The translations under genes were made by a program, and so were the position numbers. Below the pieces are notes generated by a model, which saw only the letters and a list, made by a program, of their open reading frames with translations, did no database searches and was not told the origin of the DNA. From the sequence record PV191315.1: a DNA stretch of 64,000 nt. The stretch is one strand, 5' to 3'. Below are positions 28,594-37,511 of the stretch, piece after piece (within the stretch, counting starts at the first letter, position 1; every line of letters begins with the position of its first letter). This stretch comes from Escherichia phage vB_EcoM-P3322.

Positions 28594-29393
28594 TTTTTGT
28601 AAGCGGTGCAGGTTTAAGTGCAGACAGTGGGATTCGAACATTTAGAACAGACACAGATAGTGGTCGTGCTTTATGGGAAGAATATGATTTAGAAGAGGTC
28701 TGCGATATTGGAGCTTTCCAGGCAGGTTATCGTGTTAGAACATCTCCAGATCTTCCAGTGGTCGGTGGTGTAGACGAGAACGGTATGGATTTGTATGCCA
28801 AAACACACGAATTTTATAACAAAAGACGTGTTGAGCTTAAAGATGTACAACCTAATGCTGCACATATTCAAATAGCAAAGTGGTTTAAGGAATATCCTAA
28901 CCAAATAGTAAACTTGACAACAAACGTTGATGATCTACTAGAGCGAGCAGGTGTAGACAGAGATTCTGTTATTCACGTACACGGATATCTTCCTGAAGTA
29001 GTTTACCGTATGCATCCTGGAGATTACAAAACACTGGTAGATATTGGTTACAATAGTATAAACATAGATGATTATAACTGGGTGAAGCCTAATGTTGTAT
29101 TTTTTGGTGAGGCTGCACCTTTGTATGCAGATATGGCTCACTTGTTTGATACTTTGACCATGCAAGATTTGGTTGTTGTAGTGGGATGTTCAAACCAAGT
29201 TATCAATTTTAATTGGGAATTGTTCCCTGCACTTAGTATGGGTACAAAAATGATTGTTGTTAACCCAGGAATTAATTACGAAGAAACTCTTCTTTACGAA
29301 GATAGAGGAGTCTTTGTTTACCGAGAAAAAGCTGCAACAGCCTTCAGTAATGAAGGTTTCATTAAAATGGTCGAAGACCACTTAAACAAATAA
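28578..29393 (+). CDS. Sir2-family (sirtuin-like) NAD-binding protein
   Basis: GAGLSADSGIRTFR and TTNVDDLLERAG...HVHG resemble Sir2 motifs; RBS GAGGAGGAAG. Confidence 0.7.
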   Translation: MPRRVIFVSGAGLSADSGIRTFRTDTDSGRALWEEYDLEEVCDIGAFQAGYRVRTSPDLPVVGGVDENGMDLYAKTHEFYNKRRVELKDVQPNAAHIQIAKWFKEYPNQIVNLTTNVDDLLERAGVDRDSVIHVHGYLPEVVYRMHPGDYKTLVDIGYNSINIDDYNWVKPNVVFFGEAAPLYADMAHLFDTLTMQDLVVVVGCSNQVINFNWELFPALSMGTKMIVVNPGINYEETLLYEDRGVFVYREKAATAFSNEGFIKMVEDHLNK

Positions 29394-29401
29394 ACCACTC
29401 A

Positions 29402-29425
29402 AGGGGCTTCGGCCCCTTTCTTATT
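29402..29425 (+). terminator. rho-independent terminator
   Basis: aggggc-ttcg-gcccct then tttcttatt. Confidence 0.7.
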
Positions 29426-29436
29426 AGGAGAATAAA

Positions 29437-29709
29437 ATGACTGAAGAAATCCGTGATTACTACCTTGCACATTACGTTTACTACTTTGCTAATGCTACAC
29501 AAAAAGGGGAAGGTAATCTTTACTTGGCAACAGGACATGGAACAGGCGTTAGGAAATCAAATATTGATAATGCCTTGGCTCAAGTGGCTGCGGGGCTAGA
29601 AGATAAACTTCAAACACCTGTAGTTGTAGTGATGCAAAATATAAGTTACCTAGCAAGTTGTACTGAAACCGAATTTAACGCGTCTGAGACGCAATCTAAC
29701 GAAGAATAA
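29437..29709 (+). CDS. hypothetical protein
   Basis: RBS TAGGAG. Confidence 0.55.
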   Translation: MTEEIRDYYLAHYVYYFANATQKGEGNLYLATGHGTGVRKSNIDNALAQVAAGLEDKLQTPVVVVMQNISYLASCTETEFNASETQSNEE

Positions 29710-29712
29710 AAC

Positions 29713-29745
29713 AAAGGCACCCAAGTGGGTGCCTTTTCTATTTTA
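29713..29745 (+). terminator. rho-independent terminator at end of + strand block
   Basis: ggcaccc-aagt-gggtgcc then ttttctatttt. Confidence 0.65.
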
Positions 29746-29778
29746 GAGCGTCTCTGTTCGATTTAGGTGGGTTCTAGC

Positions 29779-30009
29779 TTACTTGTGTAGTGCTCTCTCG
29801 TATAACTCAATGATCAATTCATCCTCTACTGTAATACGCGCCATTTGATCCGTCTTAAGTATTGTTGGTTGGTAGTGGTGCATTTCACTATTGATACTGC
29901 AATCCCATTCGTCATAACCTAAATACTCTCCTACATGGACCTTAACCATAAAGGGAAACGGGTTATCTACCAAAAATGCCATACAACCTTCTTCGATTTT
30001 ATTTAACAC
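29779..30009 (-). CDS. hypothetical protein
   Basis: Track ORF; first gene of minus block. Confidence 0.45.
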   Translation of the reverse strand: MLNKIEEGCMAFLVDNPFPFMVKVHVGEYLGYDEWDCSINSEMHHYQPTILKTDQMARITVEDELIIELYERALHK

Positions 30010-30034
30010 ACGACCTCCTATTGCTACAGATATG

Positions 30035-30055
30035 AAAAAACCCGCCGAAGCGGGT
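30035..30055 (-). terminator. rho-independent terminator (minus strand)
   Basis: aaaaaa-cccgc-cgaa-gcggg on + strand = hairpin+T-run on minus. Confidence 0.65.
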
Positions 30056-30100
30056 TCTATTGCTACGATAGGATCACTATCCTATAGTATTGTTTCTGTG

Positions 30101-30382
30101 TCAAGCCTTAGCGTAGAAAAACTTCTCATATTCAGATTTTGTTACGATTGTGGGGCAACCTTTTGTTCCATCCTCGATAACAGGGGCTTCTACCATTCTG
30201 GTGTTGAATAAGCAATAAGTTCCACGCATGTAAATACCCAGTTTTGTTTCTACGATGTGCTCTTTACTTACGCTTGAAAACTTAATCTCACCATCGGAGT
30301 CTCTTATAGCAATAAGCGCATGTTCGGGCCAATCTTTTCCTTTTGCTCCTAAAGCATTATACAATTCTTGAACGAGTTCCAT
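30101..30382 (-). CDS. hypothetical protein
   Basis: RBS AAGGAGG. Confidence 0.6.
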   Translation of the reverse strand: MELVQELYNALGAKGKDWPEHALIAIRDSDGEIKFSSVSKEHIVETKLGIYMRGTYCLFNTRMVEAPVIEDGTKGCPTIVTKSEYEKFFYAKA

Positions 30383-30394
30383 ATGACCTCCTTA

Positions 30395-30568
30395 TTAAAT
30401 AACAAATTTTTCTTCTTCTGGCTTATCGTAATCTGGAGAATAAACATGTGCGGGATTAAAACCTTTAAAATTTCCGCGACCTTTACGTGGACAGTTGAAT
30501 GTGCGAGCTTGATGATCCCCAAAAGATTTCCCACAATGCATACATTTAAAATCAGTGCGTTTAGTCAT
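30395..30568 (-). CDS. small zinc-ribbon protein
   Basis: ATG 30568 after AAGGAG; CMHCGK...CPRKG. Confidence 0.5.
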   Translation of the reverse strand: MTKRTDFKCMHCGKSFGDHQARTFNCPRKGRGNFKGFNPAHVYSPDYDKPEEEKFVI

Positions 30569-30588
30569 GCCATATCTCCTTTTAAAAG

Positions 30589-30611
30589 GCTGCACCTATT
30601 GAAGATGCAGC
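30589..30611 (-). other. intergenic hairpin (terminator/attenuator-like)
   Basis: gctgca-N11-tgcagc inverted repeat. Confidence 0.35.
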
Positions 30612-30620
30612 TTTGATAGA

Positions 30621-30722
30621 TTATTTAGATGAGTCTAAAATGTCTTTTACTTTTGCCGTGATAACGTCTTGATATTTGTTAATAAGATAGCCTACAACTA
30701 CACCTACGATAAATGAAACCAT
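30621..30722 (-). CDS. small hydrophobic peptide (33 aa)
   Basis: Below track threshold; RBS GGAGAAATA; MVSFIVGVVVGYLINK. Confidence 0.3.
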   Translation of the reverse strand: MVSFIVGVVVGYLINKYQDVITAKVKDILDSSK

Positions 30723-30731
30723 TATTTCTCC

Positions 30732-31340
30732 TTATTTAAGTGGTGAGAGAACAATCTCTCGGTTTTTTAAGAACCAAAGCATGTCATCTTGATCATAGTC
30801 TGATCCCTCTGTAGTAGAATTTTTGATAGAATCAAAAAACCAACGAGGTATACCAAAACAACTTCCAGATGACTGTATGTCTTTCTGCGACATTTTAAAT
30901 GTGATTGGAAAATCACAATTATCAATCTCTCGGATATCTGCTGAAGATAAGATTGTAACTTCAACCAGTTCGTCGTTAGATGTAGTATCGTTGTCTTCCT
31001 GAATAATGTCAAATGCTTTTTGCACATCTTTTGCATCTAATGTTAAACCTGTGGCTTTCTGAAAAGCCGAAACAAAAATTAGAGCTTCTTCAGAGCAAGG
31101 GGCTTCCAGCAAATGAGCCATAATAGGTGACAAGCAAATGTTAAGATCTTTGTCATACCAACGAACAATCCACACAGGCGTTGCTCCGTTTTGTTTGTCA
31201 CGAGCCAAAATTGTAACGTGCTGACCTTCTTCTTGTATATGATACAAACCAGAAAAACCAGGACCTGTAGTAGATTTTTTGACACGCGCTACGTGTCCAA
31301 CTTCTAAAGGATCTTTACCATCCCAAATCTTCTCTTCCAT
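30732..31340 (-). CDS. hypothetical protein
   Basis: RBS TAGGAGG. Confidence 0.6.
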   Translation of the reverse strand: MEEKIWDGKDPLEVGHVARVKKSTTGPGFSGLYHIQEEGQHVTILARDKQNGATPVWIVRWYDKDLNICLSPIMAHLLEAPCSEEALIFVSAFQKATGLTLDAKDVQKAFDIIQEDNDTTSNDELVEVTILSSADIREIDNCDFPITFKMSQKDIQSSGSCFGIPRWFFDSIKNSTTEGSDYDQDDMLWFLKNREIVLSPLK

Positions 31341-31348
31341 ATAACCTC

Positions 31349-31612
31349 CTAAATAACATCTTTGAAATAGTGAATCACTTCAATATTATGGTACAAAGTA
31401 CTTCGCTCTTTTGTGTACTCTGTTTTAGTAACAAACACTTTTGCAATACCGTACTTATGCGCTGGTAGGTTTGGATTGGTTTGCATAATTTCTTTCACTA
31501 CACTTATAGTTTCGTGCTCGGATTCCCAATAAGTGAAGTAACCCTCACTATCAACGATTAAAGACTCGTTTTCAAGATCTACAAAACAGAAAAATATTGA
31601 CGGATGGCTCAT
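31349..31612 (-). CDS. hypothetical protein
   Basis: Track ORF; start overlaps upstream stop (ATGA). Confidence 0.55.
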   Translation of the reverse strand: MSHPSIFFCFVDLENESLIVDSEGYFTYWESEHETISVVKEIMQTNPNLPAHKYGIAKVFVTKTEYTKERSTLYHNIEVIHYFKDVI

Positions 31613-31776
31613 TCTTTTTCTTCAACCTTCCTCAAAGCTTTTTGATCGAATATAGCGTGTTGCAACTCCCCGTTTTCATCAAACCAAGTTACTTTACAAG
31701 ATTCACCATAACTTTCTATTACTGTCATTTGTTTGTTTGCACCTTTAAGACAAACCACATCACCTACTTGCATCAT
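31609..31776 (-). CDS. small DUF2158/YodC-like protein
   Basis: 55-aa ORF below track threshold; RBS AAGGAA; GDVVCLKG...MTV...C.WFDENGEL pattern. Confidence 0.5.
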   Translation of the reverse strand: MMQVGDVVCLKGANKQMTVIESYGESCKVTWFDENGELQHAIFDQKALRKVEEKE

Positions 31777-32222
31777 GATTGAGTTCCTTTTTGTTTTTCA
31801 ATAGCTGCACGAATTTCTGCTAAAGGCTCTGCTACCAGATCTTCAACTTCTTGGATTTGTTCATTCATTACGTCACGAACCATTTGAATCCGCTCTTCAA
31901 GGGAAACAGCAAGTTCATCTGCATAAGCCATATTAAGAACGTGGTAGAAATTTTCTTGTGCACTTAAAGCACCAGATAACAAATAATCCTGATCTTCCTC
32001 TGGTAAAAGCATGTGTTGCTCATATTCAGCAAAAGTGTTTTTGTTAATCTCAAGCAAAGCACCCATCATAACATCATACTGATAATCTTTATGACCAGGA
32101 TTGTTTAAAATAACATCTTCAAAGATATTAAGAAGAATCTTAGTAACAAAAGCATTGTTTTCGGCACCTTCCATCTGACGGATTACCGTGATTACTTCTT
32201 TTTCTTTAGTGTTTTGGCTCAT
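31773..32222 (-). CDS. hypothetical acidic protein
   Basis: RBS GAGGAG. Confidence 0.6.
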   Translation of the reverse strand: MSQNTKEKEVITVIRQMEGAENNAFVTKILLNIFEDVILNNPGHKDYQYDVMMGALLEINKNTFAEYEQHMLLPEEDQDYLLSGALSAQENFYHVLNMAYADELAVSLEERIQMVRDVMNEQIQEVEDLVAEPLAEIRAAIEKQKGTQS

Positions 32223-32412
32223 AGTGTTTCTCCTCTGATTCTATTTGGATATAACCTGTGGTTTTGCACGGGTTACACTCGTAAATTTGACCTACATCCG
32301 CCATAACATATCCTGCACCACCACAATAGGGACAAGGCATAGGAGGACAAGGTATGGACGTAGTGATTGTTACGACATTATCAATTTCCAACATTTTCGC
32401 CATTATTACCAT
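32206..32412 (-). CDS. small zinc-ribbon protein (CxxCxGxG)
   Basis: CPYCGGAG...CNPCKTTG. Confidence 0.45.
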   Translation of the reverse strand: MVIMAKMLEIDNVVTITTSIPCPPMPCPYCGGAGYVMADVGQIYECNPCKTTGYIQIESEEKHYEPKH

Positions 32413-32654
32413 TCCGCTATTAACGTCAAACCAAGTGCATCGTTAAAACGCTCAACATTTGAGTATAGGTATGGAGGGGTTATTTGCTCTAAAATTTGTG
32501 CTGCTTCCACTTGGTGTTCTATGTTTTGAGAAGTTCGGGCATAAACTAAGACACCCATTTTATTCAAAATAAAAACAGAATCAGACCCATCCAGCTTATC
32601 AACGGCTGCATACATTTTAGTCATATTTTCTCCTGGATTACCACTCAGCAACAA
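32406..32654 (-). CDS. hypothetical protein
   Basis: Track ORF, overlapping neighbours. Confidence 0.5.
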   Translation of the reverse strand: MLLSGNPGENMTKMYAAVDKLDGSDSVFILNKMGVLVYARTSQNIEHQVEAAQILEQITPPYLYSNVERFNDALGLTLIAEW

Positions 32655-32853
32655 GACTAGGATTCATAGCAAAAGCTTTGAAAGTTGTTATGTCATGACT
32701 AACATTAAAACTAACACCTTTTACTTTCTCTAGTATTTGAACTTTCGTCTCTCCGTCCCACGGCAGGATGATAACACCATCTGCTGTGATCAACCACCAA
32801 TGGTTCTCTCCATCTCGTGAATCTTTTGCTTTGTATAGAAAATTGGAACTCAT
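32638..32853 (-). CDS. hypothetical protein
   Basis: RBS GGAGGAAG. Confidence 0.55.
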   Translation of the reverse strand: MSSNFLYKAKDSRDGENHWWLITADGVIILPWDGETKVQILEKVKGVSFNVSHDITTFKAFAMNPSLVAEW

Positions 32854-32904
32854 TCTTCCTCCTGTTCGGTATTATTCACCTGTGAGACACAATGTAACAC
32901 AAGC

Positions 32905-32940
32905 TTTGTGAGTTTGTCAAGGATCTAATTACATTCTACA
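32905..32940 (-). promoter_or_regulatory. sigma70-like promoter (minus strand)
   Basis: rc: TTGACA-18nt-TACATT. Confidence 0.4.
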
Positions 32941-33213
32941 GAAGAAGAGGGTTAATAACTATAGGAATAGTCTTACTATAGGTGCAATACTAGTTAAGAG
33001 TTAGATTGATAGGTAAGATTTATCTTAAACGGATAATTGATAGGTGAGTCAGCATTGACTTTTTCAAAAAAATATGGTACCCTAAACATATGTTTACGAG
33101 CGATAGCGAGTAGTAGATTTCTATATAATAGTGTTTCATGTTACTCACGATAGTGAGGTATGAAACGTAAGTGAAGGTAGATAAACTATGATCATCTATC
33201 TACCATCTATTAA

Positions 33214-33423
33214 TCAGTATAGATCCAATGTTAGACTAACAGTTATCCAACAAACAATAACAGTCCATATAACAAGTAATGATCTACAAACTACATCCCA
33301 TTCAAATACATTGTATGTTAACCATTCTCCCATCACAACACAAGAACCTAACCAACATCCGACAATAACTATAATCCAATAAAAGAATCCTACAGTAGAG
33401 TATATAGCAAAAGCTTTTAACAT
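33214..33423 (-). CDS. small membrane protein
   Basis: RBS GGAGGA; two hydrophobic segments. Confidence 0.5.
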   Translation of the reverse strand: MLKAFAIYSTVGFFYWIIVIVGCWLGSCVVMGEWLTYNVFEWDVVCRSLLVIWTVIVCWITVSLTLDLY

Positions 33424-33836
33424 CTTTCCTCCAGAAGTTGTTCAACAGTTTGACGAGTATGATTGTCCCAGTAAACCTTAGTGAAGTCAAGAGTTCCTTG
33501 TTCGTTTCTCTTAGTTTCGAAGAAGTATCCGCCTTCTCTTTCTACTCTGTCTCTAATGTGCTCTATGAGGTGCTTTTTACAAGATGCTGATAAACAATAG
33601 TCATACTCCCCACGAAGCAATGCTATAGCTGCAAGTCTGTTATCACCAACTTGAGATATTGTCCAAGAAAGCATACTACCTTTTATACCTAAAGGTGTTT
33701 GTTTAATTGAATATCCACCATACCGACTGATAGAAATTATGGCAAGTGGTTCTCCTGTTAGAGATCTTCCTAATGCACCTTCTGTTGGACTTCCTTCAAC
33801 AATACGTTTGAAAAAAGCTTTGATCTTACCTAACAT
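33417..33836 (-). CDS. hypothetical protein
   Basis: RBS AGGGGGAC. Confidence 0.6.
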   Translation of the reverse strand: MLGKIKAFFKRIVEGSPTEGALGRSLTGEPLAIISISRYGGYSIKQTPLGIKGSMLSWTISQVGDNRLAAIALLRGEYDYCLSASCKKHLIEHIRDRVEREGGYFFETKRNEQGTLDFTKVYWDNHTRQTVEQLLEERC

Positions 33837-33853
33837 AAGTCCCCCTTAAAAAT

Positions 33854-33988
33854 TTACTTGTTTAAAGTATCTCTTACTTGTTCTGCTTGACGTTTAGTAA
33901 TAAAAGTCCCAACCGAAACGTTAAACTCATTGACTACAGAGAACGATCCATCACGGTTCTCACGAATATTAAACAATTTCTTACTCAT
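33854..33988 (-). CDS. small hypothetical protein (44 aa)
   Basis: Below track threshold; strong RBS GAAGGAGG. Confidence 0.4.
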   Translation of the reverse strand: MSKKLFNIRENRDGSFSVVNEFNVSVGTFITKRQAEQVRDTLNK

Positions 33989-34184
33989 TTCTACCTCCTT
34001 CAATGCTTTGTGCCGTACCATCCCAAGCCATTAGAATGTTTTCCAATAGTTCACGAGGCTCTTTAAACCAAACTTCCATTTCATCAAGAATCTCGTCCGT
34101 GTCGTAAGTATAACCTGGAACACCAAGTTCACATTTCTTAAGATAGCTTTCTAACCAGCGGTGATAATTCTTAACCCCATTCAT
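33981..34184 (-). CDS. hypothetical protein
   Basis: Track ORF. Confidence 0.45.
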   Translation of the reverse strand: MNGVKNYHRWLESYLKKCELGVPGYTYDTDEILDEMEVWFKEPRELLENILMAWDGTAQSIEGGRNE

Positions 34185-34557
34185 ACTGTGCTACCTTTTC
34201 TTTTACCCAATCTACACGATCTTTATCATAATGTTGAGTGCCAAGGAAAAGACCATTGTGGAAACTTTCCTCACCGAAAGGATAAATTGGATCTAAACCA
34301 TCTTCTTCAAACAACATTTTTAATCTGTTTGATGTAGATTTCTTAGTTTCTGAATTGTAGTTTGTGGTTATAAGCCAATCTTCCAAACAACGACACAAGC
34401 CTTGACGAGAATCCCAAGGAAAAACACAATCTCCGACAGGAGCTTGTTCCGCCCATTTCAACCAACCTTTAAAAAAGTTATACAATATGTAGTCTTCAGT
34501 GTAATACATTAGCGCCTCCTTTACATATACAATAACACCCCGCAGAACGGGGTGCAA
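34171..34557 (-). CDS. paralog family A member (divergent)
   Basis: Shares W..W......GLC.C....PF.....(V/I).WVKE.(V/I) pattern with 5 other ORFs. Confidence 0.55.
   Translation of the reverse strand: MHPVLRGVIVYVKEALMYYTEDYILYNFFKGWLKWAEQAPVGDCVFPWDSRQGLCRCLEDWLITTNYNSETKKSTSNRLKMLFEEDGLDPIYPFGEESFHNGLFLGTQHYDKDRVDWVKEKVAQYEWG
34536..34554 (-). other. intergenic hairpin
   Basis: caccccg-cagaa-cggggtg. Confidence 0.35.
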
Positions 34558-34560
34558 CTA

Positions 34561-35172
34561 TTATTTAATCTGTTTAAAAATTTCGTTTGGAACGGTACCG
34601 TTTAAAATACCTTCTACGATCTCTTGTGCAGATGTGTAAGAGAGTCCAAAAGAAGCTACGCCTAAAATTGCCTCCTTCAAAGGATCTGGCAGGGGTTCAA
34701 AATTACCTGCAACAAAGCCACCTGCACAAGCAGCGCCTTCATCATCCCAGAAAACAACTGCTACATCGTTACCATGCGAAGTTGTGCGATGTGCAATAAC
34801 TTCAACTTCGGTGCCTTCTTTAGGAATAGAATAAGAACTGTCCCAAGAATATCTTTCCAAATCAGGAACAAAGATAACCTTTACACCTACTGGCGGCAGT
34901 TCACAACGATAATACCAAGAATTTTTTTCGTTCATTGTTTTATTTTCCTCCACGTCTTCAAAAGTAACGATCCAATCGTAGCCGTAAGAAAACGGATATT
35001 TTAGATCTAAAGAATAAGTTTGACCCAGATCGTCCTCAACAAGAACCATCCTATCAAAGTTTGCGATGTTAGGATTATGTTTAATGACAGGATATGTTTC
35101 CCCTACAGTAAATTGTCCCAAATGGTAAAGTTCATCTCTCCAAGTAATTTGGATATGAGTGCATTGAATCAT
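34561..35172 (-). CDS. hypothetical protein
   Basis: Track ORF, 203 aa. Confidence 0.6.
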   Translation of the reverse strand: MIQCTHIQITWRDELYHLGQFTVGETYPVIKHNPNIANFDRMVLVEDDLGQTYSLDLKYPFSYGYDWIVTFEDVEENKTMNEKNSWYYRCELPPVGVKVIFVPDLERYSWDSSYSIPKEGTEVEVIAHRTTSHGNDVAVVFWDDEGAACAGGFVAGNFEPLPDPLKEAILGVASFGLSYTSAQEIVEGILNGTVPNEIFKQIK

Positions 35173-35176
35173 AAAA

Positions 35177-35449
35177 TCACCCCCAAGAAATATTTATATA
35201 TCTTACAATGTTTGCACTGTCTAAAGCCATGTTTGCACCACACCCACGCTCGCGCCAGTAACTAACAATACCTTCACAGATACTCTCTTGTATCTTCTTA
35301 TCACTTGGCATTTCTAGTATAAGACTTGGGTTGTGGATGTTTATGTTATAATATCCTTCCTCTGCGGCTTGAGCTACCAATTTACTTACTTTTTCAAAGT
35401 ACGGGGAATTAGTGGCATCTGCCATTGTTTTTAAGGTTTGTCTATCCAT
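35177..35449 (-). CDS. hypothetical protein
   Basis: Track ORF. Confidence 0.55.
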   Translation of the reverse strand: MDRQTLKTMADATNSPYFEKVSKLVAQAAEEGYYNINIHNPSLILEMPSDKKIQESICEGIVSYWRERGCGANMALDSANIVRYINISWG

Positions 35450-35814
35450 TATTCTGCCTCATCATAGAAGAAATCCAACTCTTGTTCCAGTTGTTTAACT
35501 CGATCCTTAACCCACTGTACACGTTTTTCATTAAACATGCAACGTTTTTCCTTACACTCTTGCTCAAAAGATTTTGCTGTGTTAAATGGGAAAGTTGTAT
35601 CTAAGCCAGCGTTTTCAAAACTGGCTAATTGCATACCATAAACAGAATATGCTAAAGAATGCTCGGCCCGAAATTCATCACTTATATACATACGTAGACC
35701 TCGGCATAAGCCAACATCAGCGTAACCACTTTCTCTTGGAAAGAGCCGGAGGTGTTCTAACCAATTATTATAGAAATCTAAAAGAATCCTCTTACACTTC
35801 AAATCGATTGTCAT
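35449..35814 (-). CDS. paralog family A member
   Basis: ATG 35814 after GAAGGAG; LLDFYNNWLEH...GLCRGL...PFN...RVQWVKDRV. Confidence 0.6.
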   Translation of the reverse strand: MTIDLKCKRILLDFYNNWLEHLRLFPRESGYADVGLCRGLRMYISDEFRAEHSLAYSVYGMQLASFENAGLDTTFPFNTAKSFEQECKEKRCMFNEKRVQWVKDRVKQLEQELDFFYDEAE

Positions 35815-36214
35815 AAAAAGTTTCTCCTTCATCAAACAAGTTGGCAAGATTGTTCACGGCAATCTGGGTGGAAAGAAGACAACTGTTTGCAGACACATAA
35901 GCACGAGCTATTTTGTAAACATAGACTTTCGTATTACAATTATCTAGGATCGGAAGACTTTCGTCGATAGCATCTATAACACTAAACATCACATCTAAAA
36001 CTTTAATGGTGAGTGTTGTATTTGTATCTTCGTAACCTTTTTCAATCCGACCTGAATAGAAAGCATAGTCCTCAACAGTTCGTCGTTTAAACTGGCGCAT
36101 AAAATCGGAACCATCTGTAGCAGAATTGAACAAATTTTCAAAAAATACGTCCCATCCGGCAAAAAGGGCTGACAGCATGATTAAGTGATCTACAGATTCA
36201 TTTTCTTGTTTCAT
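35792..36214 (-). CDS. hypothetical protein
   Basis: RBS AGGAGAGG. Confidence 0.55.
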   Translation of the reverse strand: MKQENESVDHLIMLSALFAGWDVFFENLFNSATDGSDFMRQFKRRTVEDYAFYSGRIEKGYEDTNTTLTIKVLDVMFSVIDAIDESLPILDNCNTKVYVYKIARAYVSANSCLLSTQIAVNNLANLFDEGETFYDNRFEV

Positions 36215-36222
36215 ATCCTCTC

Positions 36223-36894
36223 CTATTTAATGTTCAGTCTGGCACACAAACGAGAAACAGTTTTAGCATCCCATTTACCACCACGTGCTGTTGCTATTTT
36301 CTTACTATTGAATTTTTCAGCAATAGTTTTGTAAGGGGTATTTAAATCTCTAAGGATCTCCAAGCGTTCACGGAATGTCTCTGCAAAAGCGTCTGCTTTA
36401 ACAGAATTGTATTCCATTTTTCCTTTTCTACGTGCAGCGGCAGTTTTAGGATTAGCACTGCCTAATAAAACACCTTTACTTTTTGCTACAGCAAGACCCT
36501 TTTTAATACGATCAGCAATACCTCTAACTTCTTGTTCAGCCAGAACAGACAGAAGCTGTATAACCATTTTATCTGCGTCTGGCATAATGGCTATCTTAAC
36601 ATCGATCATTTCTAGAAGAGTTGCTACGGAGGCGTTGTTACGACCCAAGCGGTCAACTTTAGCTACCAATAAAGTTGCTCCGGTAGCTTTACACATTTCA
36701 ACCGCTTTAACCAGTTCCTTACGTTGCTTCCAATCGCCCTTACCCGAATAGTATTCAGAAAATTGACCAATAACTTCCGCATCAGGCACAGAGTCTAAGA
36801 AGTAACGGATATCATTCTCTTGGCTCTCCATACCATATTGTGCCTCACCTTTTTTCTGTTTAGAAAGACGACTGTAAACAACAAACTTTTTCAT
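36223..36894 (-). CDS. serine recombinase (resolvase/invertase family)
   Basis: YSRLS (catalytic Ser region), VAKVDRLGRN, C-terminal HTH-like TARGGKW..TVSRL; ATG 36894 after AGGAGTGG. Confidence 0.75.
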   Translation of the reverse strand: MKKFVVYSRLSKQKKGEAQYGMESQENDIRYFLDSVPDAEVIGQFSEYYSGKGDWKQRKELVKAVEMCKATGATLLVAKVDRLGRNNASVATLLEMIDVKIAIMPDADKMVIQLLSVLAEQEVRGIADRIKKGLAVAKSKGVLLGSANPKTAAARRKGKMEYNSVKADAFAETFRERLEILRDLNTPYKTIAEKFNSKKIATARGGKWDAKTVSRLCARLNIK

Positions 36895-36914
36895 AACCAC
36901 TCCTAAACTATTGC

Positions 36915-36945
36915 TGTATTCTCACTTTACAAAACGAATAAACAC
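36915..36945 (-). promoter_or_regulatory. sigma70-like promoter for recombinase
   Basis: rc: TTGACA-17nt-TAAAGT. Confidence 0.45.
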
Positions 36946-36964
36946 TTGTCAAGGTATTTATTAT

Positions 36965-37177
36965 TTACAGCCATTCTACTCTTAAGCAGTATTCCTCGAC
37001 ATGTTGTTTACGCTTGTTTTTGTCTATGTAAGTGTATTCAACAAATGTCCCAAGATAGTCCTTGTCTACATTGTGTGGGCTATTGATTGGACATTTAGTA
37101 CGACAAACCCGTTGCCACTGACGAAGAATTACGGCTTTGTTTTTAGGATCAAAGGGATGAGGGTAATGTACCTTCAT
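36965..37177 (-). CDS. hypothetical protein
   Basis: RBS AGGAGG. Confidence 0.55.
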   Translation of the reverse strand: MKVHYPHPFDPKNKAVILRQWQRVCRTKCPINSPHNVDKDYLGTFVEYTYIDKNKRKQHVEEYCLRVEWL

Positions 37178-37501
37178 TCACGCCTCCTGTTTTAGTCGAA
37201 AAATATTTTGAATAACTAGAGATGTATAGTTATCACCTAGTCCCATAAGTTCTACTTCCAAGTTTCGAATATCCTCCACCGTAGGAGGATATGTTGGTAA
37301 AAATGCTTGAGCATTACCAGATCCAACTTCATTGCTGTAAGCAGTTGTAAAATTGTAAGATACAAAACATGAAACACCTTTTTGTCGGTACCCGATTAAT
37401 CGACGAATACACCAGATAAGAGCCAAACCTATGAGAACACCTCCTAAACCAGCTAACAAGAAGGATAAGTTCATAATAGCTTCGTTAACAACTGCTTCCA
37501 T
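37178..37501 (-). CDS. membrane protein
   Basis: RBS AAGGAG; TM segment LSFLLAGLGGVLIGLALIW. Confidence 0.6.
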   Translation of the reverse strand: MEAVVNEAIMNLSFLLAGLGGVLIGLALIWCIRRLIGYRQKGVSCFVSYNFTTAYSNEVGSGNAQAFLPTYPPTVEDIRNLEVELMGLGDNYTSLVIQNIFRLKQEA

Positions 37502-37511
37502 TCTTTTCTCC

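Noticed and set aside
36223-36894. Integrase/prophage attachment site next to the serine recombinase
   Set aside because: No tRNA, no long direct repeats flanking the block and no lysogeny regulators were seen; a temperate lifestyle is not supported.
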